From Octopus sinensis (taxonomy: Eukaryota), in the NCBI RefSeq assembly GCF_006345805.1, contig NC_043002.1, positions 61,752,001 through 61,816,000 of the forward strand: a stretch of 64,000 bases of DNA, given 5' to 3'. Below are positions 25,649 to 38,995 of this stretch, in pieces. The position numbers and the translations under genes were made by a program. Numbering within the stretch: the stretch's first letter is position 1; every line of letters starts with the position of its first letter. Under the pieces are notes generated by a model. It saw only the letters and a program-made list of their open reading frames with translations. It was not told where the DNA came from and made no database searches.

Positions 25649-27202
25649 CATGTATATATATATGTATATATATGTATATATATGTATGTATGTATACACA
25701 GTCTTATTCCTCATTTTTTAGGAGGGGTAGCTACAATAAGATATACCCCAGGCATTCCATTCATTTCCGAGCTCAAGAGGTGAGCCCCATCCTACGCTCA
25801 GGTCAAGGCATAGAACGCAAACCCATATATCAGCAGAGGGTCCCGACAGCAAATGCCGGTTTACCCCCGATGCATCATGCTGGTTCCGTACCCCTTTGAG
25901 TAGCATCAAATCACTCATCCGTCCACAAGCACTCTCCGAGCTTTCCTGTCATTTATAAACTCTTTTGCCTCTCTCACTCCTACACCTCTAACAGCCAAAG
26001 CTATCCTCACTCCATCTAACAACACAAACCGAAATCTTTGGAGATAAAATTTTTGGATGGTCTTCATATGTAAATTTCTTTGGAAAGTAAGATAAATTTT
26101 TCGAAAAATCTCAATTGGAAATCGCTGAGAAAAAGTATATTTATCCTTTTCTATTAAATTTCAATAATAGACATATTAGTTTATTTGAAACTATAATATC
26201 AAATGCGAATATATATGAAATATCATTGGGGGATATAGAGGGGAAATACATAAAAAAAGTTTTCAAAACAGTCAATATTTTTGTAGTTCGAAAATTGCAA
26301 TTTATGACATAAAATGTCCTGTAGAATTAGCCAGAGCTAATAATGACCAACTTTAAGTATTAAATACTGTTAAACACACCTTTGTAAATACAATGTACAT
26401 AAGCAATTCATTTGAAATAAAACGAACAATCGGTAGTGAGACTGTCTTTAGCAGATGCCCAGATGGGGCTCATGGCAGGCAATGGGTTAAGAAACGCAAT
26501 AATGTTATCTCTTTAAGAGAATGATATTACTTGAACTTATCAAAAATGTTCACGGTGAAGAATATTTTGGGAAAACACCTAAAATATTTAACATGAAAAA
26601 GTTATTATTTTGTGTGGTAACATATGGATTTTATTATTCTGTTGAAGTATTAAAATATGCATATGTTAAATCGATACTAAAATAAGAAATCCACTCATTA
26701 AAAACTAGCAAGTTATTAATTTTTTAATGAGAATATAACATTATATTATAATAAAAATCGTTTTAAAATATGTTTATTGTAACAAATGTGCAGCTATTAA
26801 TCGTTTGTTATTTATAGGTGCAAACAATAATTCTAAGATTCGATAAAATATTCATTTAGAAATTGTTGACAATAGTATAATTCTTTTCAATTATAAAGGC
26901 AAATACCATTAATTAGAGTAATAGAAGCGGTAGATGCAAAAAAGTGAAATAGAATACACACACACATAAAGTAACTAACTGAGAAAAGACAAAAGCGTAT
27001 GTTAAACATCCAATTCACTGGTACTTTAGTTGAATATCATAAAAATATAGGTATAATTCAATTATAAAGATAAATTAAATATAGAGATATTCTATTGACT
27101 ATCCAATCAATTATATATATTACAATATTGCATTATGTTATATAATATTATATTATGTCATATATTGTATTCCTAGTACTTAATGTAATATTGTAAAAAT
27201 CA

Positions 27203-27242
27203 CAGTTGTTACTGAGTTTCACGTTCCCGTTCGTCGAACTGT
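27203..27242 (-). ncRNA. degenerate HHR-like motif
   Basis: Minus strand: cagtt-CGACGA-ACG-GGAA-CGT-GAAA-CTCAG-TA|ACAACTG. The 5' core and stem I junction appear partly deleted. Confidence 0.45.
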
Positions 27243-27589
27243 TTTGTTTCGAATGGAACAAAATAAGGTTATATGCGTAAATATACAATTACTTTGATAG
27301 ATACACACTTGAAAAGGGTTTAGGTTCACTGGTCCTTTCAACTAACAGTCTTTTGAATAACCTGTTGCATGAAATTGCAAGTGCGATTCAAAATCATATT
27401 ATTATAAAAATTGAAGAAAACTTTAAATCAAAAATAGCTTATGTAGAAGGAAAAAAACCTGAGTATGCAGGGAAAATAATTAGTGGTAAAGAATATTAAT
27501 AAATTTAAATAAATTAAAAGATATATCCGTTTAAAAAATACTTACACGCTAAAATACATATAAATTTATCAATACATACACATACCAAA

Positions 27590-27905
27590 CATCATCTGAG
27601 ACCCCTTCGGTTATGACTGACCATGGGACTGCAGCTAGAAAGTTATCTTCCGAGGCACAAGTCCGGGCAATATTGTTTTCATGGAAGTCCAGCATTCACC
27701 CATATATACCGACCTCCCTTCTCCACGCATACAGTGTTATCCAAGGTAAAATGGCCAAGGTAAAATGGCCGATATAGCTTGGCACCAGTGACGTCGCAAC
27801 TCATATCTACAGCTGAGTGACCTGGAGCAACGTGAAATAAAGTATCTTGCTCAAGAACACAACACGCACTCCGGTCCGGGATTAGAGCTCACAACCTCAC
27901 GATCA
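27590..27905 (-). mobile_element. SINE family D
   Basis: Reverse-complement homolog of 9330-9700. Confidence 0.75.
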
Positions 27906-27971
27906 GTCATTCAGTCATCTCAGACATTCCAGCAGGTAAAGAGACATTTCGTCAAATATTCCAATAGAATA

Positions 27972-28150
27972 ATATAGTTCTATATTTAAGAGAGAGGAGT
28001 TATGTACATTATTTATATTATTTACATTTGCCGGATATTTGTCCTCATCTTTGTTGTTAATATAACGTTTCCGCTGATATACCCTCCAGCCTTCACCAGG
28101 TGTCTTGGGGAAATTTCGAACTTGGGTTTTCATTCCTAAGGTATTTTTCG

Positions 28151-28201
<51 letters not shown>

Positions 28202-28312
28202 TCACTGCGTGGAACTGAACTCGGAATATTGGAGTTAGTAGCCCGCGCTTTTTACCACTACGCCATATGCCCCTGAGCATATCCGACAAATGTAAATAAT
28301 GTAAATAATTCC
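27972..28312 (-). mobile_element. tRNA-headed HHR element (family H1, longest copy)
   Basis: Minus strand: A-box tggcgtagtgg, B-box gagttcagttcc, (AAT)n, then gacac-CTGGTGA-a-GGCTG...CAGCG-GAAAC-GTT and the family 3' end. An inverted 3' fragment sits at 28279-28312. Confidence 0.75.
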
Positions 28313-28314
28313 AT

Positions 28315-28920
28315 TAGAATGTCTATTAGATTTTTCACACATTGCATCAAGTAGATATTTTATGCAATCCATCAGACGTTGCAAAATATTCCAAATATTC
28401 AATAAATAATTTCAGACGTTCCATTAAACATTCGTGTTTGTTGTTGTTGTCGTCGGCAGGGTGGAGTTATGTAATTATTTGCTGCCGTCCCATCATATTC
28501 TTTGTTGTCATCGGCGACGTAATCCTCGTCATCATTGATGATTTTGTCGACGTCTGATAGAAATCCTAGAATGTCTAATGGATTGTATAAAGTATACGAA
28601 CACAAGTATTACAAACAAACCATCAGATATTCCAGATATATCTGACATGGAATCAGAGATTTCAGATATTGAATCACACATTATACTTACTCGATCAGAC
28701 ATTCCACACATTCCGCCAGGCATCCCAAACAGTTCGGCAGAAACTCCTTCAGAGATTCCACAAACATCCAGAGATGCTCCACCTATTCTGCCATTATTCT
28801 ACACATTCTAAACATACCATTAAACATACGAGATAATCAGTCAAACACTTTAGTTATTACATATATTCCATCATACACTCCAGACATTCCATATAACACA
28901 CCCGACATATTTTATACCAA
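28315..28920. repeat. degenerate minisatellite (cagacattcca-like units)
   Basis: Recurring catcagacattcc/cagatattcc motifs. Confidence 0.55.
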
Positions 28921-28921
28921 T

Positions 28922-29292
28922 GTCGCTTACGACGACGAGGGTTCCAGTTGATCTGATCAACGGAACAGCCTGCTCGTGTAATTAACGTGCAAGTGGCTGA
29001 GCACTCCTCAGACACGTTGTACCCTTAACGTAGTTCCCGGGGAGATTCAGCGTGACACAGTGTGACAAGGCTGGCACTTTAAATTACAGGCACAACAGAA
29101 ACAGAAAATAAGAGTGAGAGAATGTTGTGGTGAAAGAGTACAGCAGGGTTCCCATCCATCCCCTGCCGGAACCGCGTGGAGCTTTAGGTGTTTTCACTCA
29201 ATAAACACTCAAAACGCCCGGTCTGGGAATCGAAATCGCGATGCTATGACTGCGAGTCCGCTGCCCTAACCACTGGGCCATTGCGTCTCCAC
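28922..29292 (-). mobile_element. tRNA-derived SINE, family C, tail type 1
   Basis: Head gagacgcaatggcccagtggttagggcagcggactcgc...ttcgattcccagaccggg is shared with 59803-60092. Confidence 0.85.
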
Positions 29293-30514
29293 CATATAAC
29301 CTAAGTAACCTAAGTAAACGTAAACCTTTCCCGAACACGGTGGTGTCATTGCCTGACAGAAATAAAAAGCCATTATCAAATTTCTGAATTGGGCTGTACC
29401 TGTATTTAAAATGAAAGCATGGAAAATCAGTAAATGTTATTATGTAATAATGGAACGTGAAAGAAATCTTGAAATATGGAAAGGAAAAAATAAAATAGAA
29501 AAATATATTTAGTAAACAACATACTAAGAAAATTACAAGTCATTTTCATGATATGAACAGGAAGTCACACTACGGCTTCTTAAACACAGGGATTAACAAA
29601 GATAATTGTAAACACATTTGAAAACGGAAAATGTTTGAATTTCTCCGGACTAAAAGCAGAAAGTATAAGAACAAAACACAATGAAAACGGATCTTAGTAC
29701 CGAATGCCTAAACGAGTACAGTATATTTTTTGTTAGTACCCATTGTGACAGAGATATATTCTCTTAGCTACGGCGTTATCCGTCATATGCCGGATACCAC
29801 TCTAATCCTAAAATAAACAGTGTCTCTATAATATAGATAAAATTTTACATCAAACAACATTGTTTCTTTGTTATTTTATTTATTAAAATTGAATTCCTTC
29901 ATTTACTTTATAATAAGCAGTAATATGAAATCCTACCGAATAATAGATTTTGCTGGCAATATTTGGATACATTTACGTGTAAAATGAATTAAAGAAATTA
30001 ACCATATTTCGTATAATAGTATCTAATCAAAGAATAATTAATAGGCAGATTTTTATATCGTGTTTAGTAAATCATATTTTGAATGGTTGAAAATGAAACT
30101 GTTTCCTGCTTTTTTTTATAATATATTTGTTCGAAAAACAAATAAATCTAAGTTAATATTGCCTGTATGGTTCATTATTTCTCATAATATTCTATATACG
30201 AGTTTCGTTGCGAGTAGTTCAATCGTGTTTGCATCACAGATCTGTGTCTAGATACTGATATAATATGGGTAGCACTTTATGAATACAAGATGCGAAGCGT
30301 TGAATGCTTTTGTCGATCAATTTAATTATATATCATATAATTTATTAACTCTTCTTATTGTAGGCAGATATTTTAGTTTCTGTTTGACAAATCAATATCA
30401 ACAGATTCATAGAAACGGAAACACATCACTGATAATGCAAATCAAACAAAGAGTTTCTAAAACAATACAACTATCTATTTCAAAGCGAAGAGAAAAATAT
30501 ATCTGACACAAAAC

Positions 30515-30945
30515 TCACCATCGCCATCGCCATCATCATCACCATCACCGCCACCACCACCACCATCATCATCATCATCCTCATCATCATCATCATCATC
30601 ATCAGCCGCAGCAGCAGCAACAATATCTGCAGCAACAGTAGCAGCAGTATCATCATCGTCATCGTTTATCATCATCATGGTCAACATCATCATCGAGGTG
30701 GTGGTCATCGTCGTCATCGTCGTCGTCATCATCACCATGAACATCATCCTCCTCATCATCATTATCATCACCATCAACATCATCAGTATCAGCAGCAGTA
30801 GCAGCAGTATCATCATCGTCGTCATCATCATGGTCAACTTCATCATCGTCGAAGTCATCGTCGTCGTCGTCATCATCATCATCATCATCATCATCATCAA
30901 CAACAACAACAAAAACACAAGAACAACAACAACAAGAACGAAATG
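30515..30945. repeat. compound trinucleotide array (CAT/CGT/CAG/CAA)
   Basis: Direct reading of the sequence. Confidence 0.95.
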
Positions 30946-31554
30946 AACAAGAATCTCAATAGTTATAAACGAGAGTTCTGAATTTGGTTTCCACACATTG
31001 AACGCGACTAATGGTACCATAGTACACAATGATGGTGTTCTATGATGCGTCGTATATTTAGAATATTCTCACAAACTTCTTATTGCCTTTATATTTCGAG
31101 GGGTCATTAACCATATTCAGTTTCTTTCTCACAAGTTACCATATTATTAGTCCCTTAATTTTCTAAGTAAGCAACTAAATTACCCATTGTTACTTCATTT
31201 TGAAAAACAATAGTCTGTGATTTTGGGAGAGTTTTTTTTAGCTACTTATAGCATAAATGTAGGCTACATCGGTCTGAGAGAGTTTTTATTTGTTTCAGTA
31301 ATCGATCTGCGGCCAGGCAGTTGGACCGCCATGATGTTTTCAGCCGAAAAAAAAATCGATTTTAATATTTATTTTTTAGATAATTTCATCGGAATTTTGG
31401 CGAACCGCTAAGTTACGAAAAGCTCCAAGTGGTGACCCCGGGTTGAATGAAAAACGAAGCCATAAATAAACACTCAGAGACACACAAAAGATACACATTC
31501 AAATAAATAAAATAAGATACACACAAACTCACGCACGCACACACACACGTATAC

Positions 31555-31965
31555 ATTCATATAATTGAAAGAGGATGAGTACGGTGGGACATTTATTTAC
31601 AATCATTACAATTGTTTCTATGCAAAGTAGCTCTCCAGGCTTGCAGGTATTTGGTTATGTAACCGTTTTCTTATATTATTAGATCTAGTTGTGTTTCCTC
31701 TGGTGATATATAAATATTTTCTCCATAAATTCTCTGCTTCAAGAAAAGTCCTATCTGTTTGCCGTGGCTTGCTAAGTAGTAGTAACCTTTGTGTGTAACA
31801 CGATATGCGTTGAGGCTGAAAGTCGGTTGCCAAACTGCTTTGAATGTTTGGATGGGGGTGGGGTTGCTACTGTTAAAGTGATTGGCATTTGATTTCTTTG
31901 TACTGTTGATTTATTCTTCATGGTTGGTTGCACCTGCTATTGTCCTTGGTTGACCTTTAAGAATA
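31555..31965 (-). mobile_element. decayed Penelope-like 3' end (GIY-YIG C-terminal relic)
   Basis: Minus-strand peptides ...NANHFNS... and RTFLEAENLWRKYL resemble the PLE endonuclease C-terminus. They are followed by CTGGAGA...GAAACAATTGTA (HHR-like) and AATAAA. Confidence 0.5.
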
Positions 31966-32183
31966 GGCCAATACGTACATTTGCATACTCGCACAATATA
32001 CATTTATGCATATACTCATGCTCCGAGAAGTACACGCATACTTAGACACACAGAAACTAACATGTATATATATTCATATATAGTTAATCCATACAAGAAA
32101 ACAAAAACAAAAAAAAACACAACGCAAGGACGTGGAACAAATAAAGTATTATTGGACGCTCAGGAAAGAAGGGAAGAAAGAGG

Positions 32184-32218
32184 GTTTGACGTTTCGAGCG
32201 GAGCTCTTCGTCGGAAAC
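32184..32218 (-). ncRNA. minimal type I hammerhead ribozyme (U4C variant) in a PLE-like terminal repeat (~32085-32420)
   Basis: GTTT-CCGACGA-A-GAGC-TCC-GCTC-GAAAC-GTC|AAAC. Stem III is the loopless ACGT palindrome typical of dimer-acting PLE HHRs. Confidence 0.75.
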
Positions 32219-32379
32219 ACAGGAGAAGGAAAGATCCCGAGAAGGGAAGACAGGGGGAAAAATCGCTAGTGGTACAGACGAGGTCACATACTGAAAGACG
32301 GAAGTAGTAAACGTAGAAGAATAATGTTTTTTAAAGACAGGAGAGTTATATCAAAGACAGTATGGTAAAGAAAGTGAGA

Positions 32380-33465
32380 GGGGGAATGTGTGTGGGTGTA
32401 GTGCGTGCGGGGAGGTCAGCGTGTGCGCGAGTGTGTGTATGTGTGCAATGATGACACGTATGTGTGTGTGTGCGTGTGTGTGTGTGTATGGCGAACAACT
32501 GGCTAGCAGGCCACTAGTAAGAATTAAGGAGTGGTGTTTTGGGTCCAATCGCAGGTCAAAAACAAAGAGGTATGTGTGTGTGCGTGTATGTATATGTATC
32601 GTGTGTGTGTTTTGTTTGTAGTATGTGTGTGTGTATGTGTGTGTTTTTTTGTGTGTATGCGTGGAGTGTGGGTGTGTGGCGAGTAACTGTGCTTAACTTA
32701 GTGTATGTGTGCGTGTGTTCTTGTACGTGCGTATCTGTGTATATATATGTATGTATAATTGTGTGCGTGTATGTGTGTACGTGTATGTATGGTTGTGTGC
32801 CGTGTGTATGGGATGTATGTGTGGGTTCATGTGTGTGTGTGTGTGTATGTATGTGCGTGTAGTTGTGTATGCGTGTATGTGTGCGTTTGTATGTGTGTGT
32901 GTGTAAGCGTATATGGATGTATATGCGTGTATCCGTGGGGTTGTGAGTTTTTCGCGCGAGTGCGTGCGTATGTGTGCGCATGTTTTTGTGTGCGTATGTA
33001 TGTGTGTGTCTGTGCTTATTTATGTGTACGTATGTGTATGTGTGCGTGCGCGTGTAGGTATATATTGTGTGTATGTATATGTGTCGGTGTGTTTGTACGT
33101 GTGTATGTGTGTGTGCGTGTGTTGTATATATATGTAAATGTGTGTGTGTGCGTGTGTACGTGCTTGGAAGTGAATGTATGTATATATGTGCGTGTGTGTA
33201 CAAATGTAGGGGTTTATATGCATGTTTATATGTTTATATGTGTGTATATATATATGCATGCAATCACACACTTTATAATTGAAAGATTGATGGAAAAAAA
33301 AGTGGTGTGGGTGTATGTGAATCCACAGGCACACACACACACTGACGCACGCCTGCAATACAGCCAACCCCATATGCATGTATGTATGTATGTATGTATG
33401 TATGTATGTATGTATGTATGTATGTATGTTTGTGTGTGTGTGTGTGTATGTATGTGTGTGTGTGT

Positions 33466-33499
<34 letters not shown>

Positions 33500-33500
33500 G
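32380..33500. repeat. long degenerate (TG)n/(TGTA)n array
   Basis: Direct reading; source of many spurious ORFs. Confidence 0.95.
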
Positions 33501-33589
33501 CACATAATGATATGTGTATTTAAATATTTGCTTGACCCTACGCCCAGGACAAGTGAAACTTGTTATTCGTGTTCATGGCATATAGGTGA

Positions 33590-33930
33590 CGCAGATGATA
33601 ATATTTTCCTCAACGGGACGCCGATACATTAGAGAGTTGAAAGTCAGCAATTTTTCAAAATCTTCGTTTTGGTATCACCGTACTTTTTATGTACCCTTCT
33701 TCCTAGCTCCCCTATCTAACTACCTTTGTCCAACGAGTCGCCATGACTCACCACTAACTCCACATGTTTTTACTCTGTCTTTGTTAATTTCCTCGTATTT
33801 CTTTCTCTTAAAGAACGTAGACTCGAAACGTAAAAGACTTTCTCACTTTCCCGAGCGGCAAATTAATACACCTGCTTGTTGTTCATAAAACTGTCTTAAT
33901 CTTTTGTTTTTATGTAAATTCCAACTATAT
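33590..33930 (+). mobile_element. decayed PLE-like 3' end with degenerate HHR (33801-33840)
   Basis: A pyrimidine-rich tract is followed by ttaaaga-acgtagactc-GAAAC-GTA|AAAG. The downstream tail resembles the one after the 32184 HHR. Confidence 0.45.
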
Positions 33931-33959
33931 ATATATAGATATATTTATTTATTTATTTC

Positions 33960-34270
33960 GGGTTCAGACTCACTGCGTGGCATCTTGGGTAAGTGTTTTC
34001 TACTATAACCATGTCAGTGGATTTCATAGACGGAAAAGAAAGAAGCCCAGCGAAAATATATACATATATGTATTTGTGTGTATGTGTTTGTCTCCCCACT
34101 ATCATTTGAAAACCAATGTTAGTGTATTTACGCTACCGTAAAATAGCGGCTCGGAAAAAGAGACCGATAGAATAAGTACTAGGCTTACACAGAGTAAGTC
34201 CTGCAGTCGATCCGCTTGACTAAATGCGGTGCCGCAGGCAAATAAGTGAAACAAGTAAAGAAAAGAATAA
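33960..34270 (+). mobile_element. SINE family B (degenerate)
   Basis: ggttcagactcactgcgtggcatcttggg...gagaccgatagaataagtactaggcttac...gaaacaagtaaag. Confidence 0.8.
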
Positions 34271-34271
34271 A

Positions 34272-34323
<52 letters not shown>

Positions 34324-34554
34324 CATACAAGAGGTGTGACCACTACGTGGACAACCCTTATGCAAGAAGTAGATCCGTTATGGTGTTACCACTATGAAAG
34401 GAATGTTCTCAAGAAAATTTAGCAAACGCCAGAACACAAGCGAGCAAGACAAATGAAAAGATACAAAATTATAGATTAATCATAGACATGTTTCAAATTA
34501 ATATTCGATTTTTTACCCTTATTATTTTAAATTTACACACACACACAAACACAC

Positions 34555-34585
<31 letters not shown>

Positions 34586-34670
34586 TGTATGTATGTATGT
34601 ATATGTGCATGTATGTATATGTGTATGTATGCATACATGTATTCACAGAAAATTTTGTACACACACATAC

Positions 34671-34703
<33 letters not shown>

Positions 34704-35364
34704 TATATATATGCACAAAATATTATATATGAGTATAAGTGTATATATGTATAGATATGTATTGTACATATAAGTATATATGCGAGCGTGTGCCTTTGAT
34801 TATATGTACTTTTAGAGTAACCTGTTTAAAATTTCCAAACATATATTATAAATTTTTCAAAAGGCGATATCTCTTTAAAAAATATTTTTCATTGATTGAA
34901 TATAAATAAAAAAATTTTTTCAAACTAATATTTAAGTTGTATACTCACTTCCGGAAATTTAAACCAATTAAGCTATTTCAATTTATTCTAAGAATCTATT
35001 TGGTGCCACTTAAAATAAAGAACTCAAAGCTAATTCTGATAAATAATAAACAATGAATATCATAATAGCCACTTCTTCAAAATATATTTTAATTTGTATA
35101 TAATTTTCTAGGGAATCCGGCTCACATTCGAACTCATCTTTGAGTCCATTATTGTCTAATATAACTTCTTTTGAGCTGTCATCTCCCAGAACTTATCTAA
35201 ATTTGCTCATCCAACAAGAATATTTCATGCACTTATGAACTGAAAAGGCGTGTTAAGTATCAGACTTTCTTAAAAAATATTGAGTTCATTAATTAATCTT
35301 GTCTTAATACAAGACTTTAAGAACATTATGAAAAAGGAGAGTATTTTAGTTCGCTAGAAGCATT

Positions 35365-35902
35365 GTTTTGAATGGTACAACAATGCACTATGATACACAC
35401 AATGGGCTATATGCCTGTTGTAATTTTGTCATCCAGAGTCTGATATGATATTTCCGAATAATATTACTTCTTCAGATATTCTTAGATGGACTCGCTGATA
35501 TAATAGGTTTTCCAACGGCTGTTCTTTTTTGTTTTTGTTTTTTTTTTGAAGCGTCTCAGCAGTGGTCTCACGAAACACCTTCCGGAATTCCTCATGAGAA
35601 GTGTGAGGTCGGCCATGTATCAATCTTATGTGTGCCGGTACATCCGTAGTGCTGCTTCCAAGTTACGTATTATACGTACATCTTTCCTTTTTCTCTTCTT
35701 TTTTTTTCTCATCTATTCTTTTCCTTTTTTTTTAAAAAAAAGAGAAAAAAGTTGGAAAACCGATGATAACAGCGACTCCATCTAAGAATATTTTAAGAAG
35801 GAATATTATTCCGAAATATCATATCAGACTATGGATGACTAAATTACAACATGTATATAGTCCATTGTTTGTATTATAGTGCATTGTTGTACAATTCAAA
35901 AC
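35365..35902. repeat. inverted repeat (~150 bp arms, ~235 bp spacer) with HHR relics
   Basis: Arms 35365-35516 and 35751-35902. Their consensus gives CTGAAGA-A-GGAAT-ATT-ATTCC-GAAA-TATCATA-TC. Confidence 0.85.
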
Positions 35903-36004
35903 TTTTATTCCTTATTATGAAAAAGCGTAATGGAATTAAGAATGTTAATATGCGACGTTACTATATTTAATTTTGTATATACCATTAGCAAATACTGTTA
36001 TATA

Positions 36005-37845
36005 ATATTTTAAAATTTGCCATAAGGCTGCCTATTTGTTCGCGGTGGGGACGGGGAGTTGATTAATTGACCCCGGCTTTCAATTACTACGTGTCGTAAT
36101 GCAGAGCTGATTTCAACCGGATTTGAACCTAAAACGTAAAGAGTCAGAAGTAATGGTGTTAAAACTTTATCTGACGGACTAACGATTCCACGTCTTCGCC
36201 TCTTTAACACAATTAAATAATGGCTTCAAACTGTGGCACAATTTCAGCTGATTTTGCTGAGAGGAGAAGTCGATTACCACAACCTCGTTGTTTGCCTGCC
36301 ACTTATACGAAAGGTTGAAAGACGAATGTAACCTCGGTGGAATTTGAACTCAGAAAGTTAATCCTTTAGAAATACTGCTAAGCATTTTGACTGGCGTACT
36401 AACGGTTTCTGCCAGCTCACCTCTTTAACACGGTTAAATTAATGCTTTCTACTAAAAGCACAAGGCCTGAAATTTTGGAGGAGGGGACTAGTAAATTACA
36501 CCGATATCGAAAAGATGAAAGGCAAATTCGACCTGGGCGGAATTTGAGCTCGGAACCTAGCAGTAGACGAATTACCGCTATCATTTTGCCCGGCGTGCTA
36601 ACAATTCTGCTAATTCGCCGCATAAAATGTTGGATGCAAAAATGAATGATTTTTATAATCCTTTCTATTAAAGGCACAAAGCCTGATACATGTGGTGAGA
36701 GGAACAGTCAATTACATCGACCCCACTGTTTTACTGGTACTTAATTTATCGATCCCGAATGGAAGAAAGGCGTAACTTGACCTCAGCGGAATTTGAACCT
36801 AGAACATGAAGAGAGATGGAAAGCTGCTAACCATTTCACCAGGTGTGCTAACATTTCTTTTCTACTGTAGGCACAAAGACCGAAATGTTTTGGGGGAAAG
36901 GGACTAGTCGATTAGATCGATTCCATTACGCAACTTGTACTTAATTTATCTACTTCGAAAGGATGACCTCGGCGGAATGTGAACTCAGAACGTAAAGACA
37001 GACGAAATGTTGTTTTCGATTTCTGCTAGCTCGCCGCCTTAACACGGTAAAATAATACAACGTGTTTGACACGGCGGTGCATCAGCATGGCCGCAGCTCT
37101 GGGCTGAAGCTACAGTAAAAAACAAATGATATTCTACTTACAATGACGCTATTTGTAATCGCATTTTATACCGATGCGTTATATATTCTTTCGTAAAAAC
37201 TCATCTTTTCTATTCTTCAAGATGTATGTTACAAAGGTAATATGAAAAAAAACATATAATAACTGCATATAATTCTTCAAAAATATTTCCGAATTTCGCA
37301 TTTTTCCTGCTCTCAATACCTGTAAATTAGAATTAATGATATAAACAGTAATGATGATAATATTGTTGGTGCAGCGTGTTTATTTACGCAATTTTTTAAA
37401 TGAATCCCTATTAAAGAAGAAAAATAAATGAATAAATCTAAATACAAATAAAAACAATAAATAAATCGTAAAAACTACCAAAATAAATGGCTGCAAAATC
37501 AAAAACATTTACAAGAGGTTCGTTTCCACAGAGTTGACTGTGTTAACAGTTAAATTGTTATCATGAATTCTTTTCTAATCTAGGTACAAGGCCCGAAATT
37601 TGAGGGAAGGGGACCAGTCGGTTAGATCGACCCCAGTACGCAACTGGTATCCAATTTATCGACCCCAAAAGTATGAAAGGCAAAGTCGACCTCGGCGAAA
37701 TTTGAACTCAGAATGTTATGACAGATGAAATACTGCTAAGTATTTCGCCCGGTGAGCTAACGTTTCTGCCAGCTCGCCGCCTTTAAGACAGACAAAATAC
37801 CGCTAAGCATTTGCACGACGTGTTAACGTTTCTGTAAACTCGTAG
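36005..37845 (-). mobile_element. cluster of about six co-oriented SINE family A copies
   Basis: Copies at ~36005-36202, 36220-36425, 36446-36622, 36660-36857, 36858-37040 and 37570-37845, all on the minus strand. Confidence 0.85.
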
Positions 37846-38819
37846 TGTTATTTGTTATCATGAAGTGTAACATACTACAGTAACGCGAATTATAGTCCGT
37901 CAAAGATGTTCTTCTTTTATACACTCTGATTTCGAACAAATAGGTTCCTAATGTGATGATTTCCATTATAAACGGGTTTGGTCAAAGCTCAGCCGACGCA
38001 GTAAATCAGAATATGTAGTTCAAAGTTTTATTTATGTTTAACAACTGAATGCATCTAAATATGAAATATCATGAAAATTGTTCAAACTGAAATCCTTGAG
38101 CGACACATTTTGCCAGCCGAGTCAATAGAGAATTACAGATAGTATTTATGGAATTATGATTTACTCTCGTGTGACTATTGGTCAAACCTCTATATACATG
38201 CACGTATTACATACATATATATGTGTCTGTGGTGTAGGGAGCGTGTGTGTGTAAGTGTGTGCATGTTTGTATGCATTATGTATGTATATACGCATACACA
38301 TACATACATCTATCTATGGTACCCACATAACTACTATAGAATCTTTGCAAAATTTGCATAGTTGAGTTTCCCTTCTCTTCACCCCTTAAATATTGTTTTC
38401 CTTCCCACTTCTCCCCAGCATAGAGAAACAACCCCAGTATCTAGTATACTATGGGGCTTACCTGGTGAGGGAAGCTATACCATTCGACAACTATCTGCCC
38501 ACGGCCCTATAACAGGTTTAATGTTCTCCCTAGCAACCTTCACAACCTTACCTCTATTCACTACTTCTTACTACATTAATGTATTCTGTTTCGGGGTTTA
38601 TGTTTGTCCATTTGTCATTTTACAATTTGTATAGATCTTGTATATTAAATATCAGCATCCAGTTACATCACAGTCATTATACTTCAATTTTCGCTCACCC
38701 TAACTAGCTTATACCTACTAGTAATTTACACTCACGTTTTAACTGTTTGAATAAGTTTTTGTTTAACCAACTTCCATGTTCGTCAGATTCCGCTTCTCAA
38801 ACAATAATTTTATAATATT

Positions 38820-38995
38820 AAGGCGGCGAACTGGCAGAAAGGTTAGTACGGCGGGCGAAATTTCAGCAGTATCTCGTCTGTCTTTAAGTTCTGAGTTCAA
38901 ATTCCACCGAGGTCGACTTTGCTTTTCAATTTTTCGATGTCGATAAATTAGGTACCAGTAGCGTACTGGGGTCGACCTAATCCCCCTCCAAAATC
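38820..38995 (+). mobile_element. SINE family A
   Basis: Same head, B-box and centre as 9722. Confidence 0.85.

Noticed and set aside
26000-26490. piggyBac-like GGG|TTAA end (also at ~40205)
   Set aside because: No matching opposite terminus or transposase found.
28200-28275. Functional tRNA gene
   Set aside because: Only A/B boxes are retained and there is no intact cloverleaf; same for the SINE heads.
28578-28811. SDIP-repeat ORF
   Set aside because: Product of a degenerate minisatellite with no splice or domain support.
30475-31029. 184 aa poly-M/poly-D ORF
   Set aside because: Trinucleotide array with no domain-like sequence.
32556-33505. Long overlapping ORFs (215, 246 and 161 aa)
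   Set aside because: Stop-free degenerate (TG)n/(CA)n repeat.
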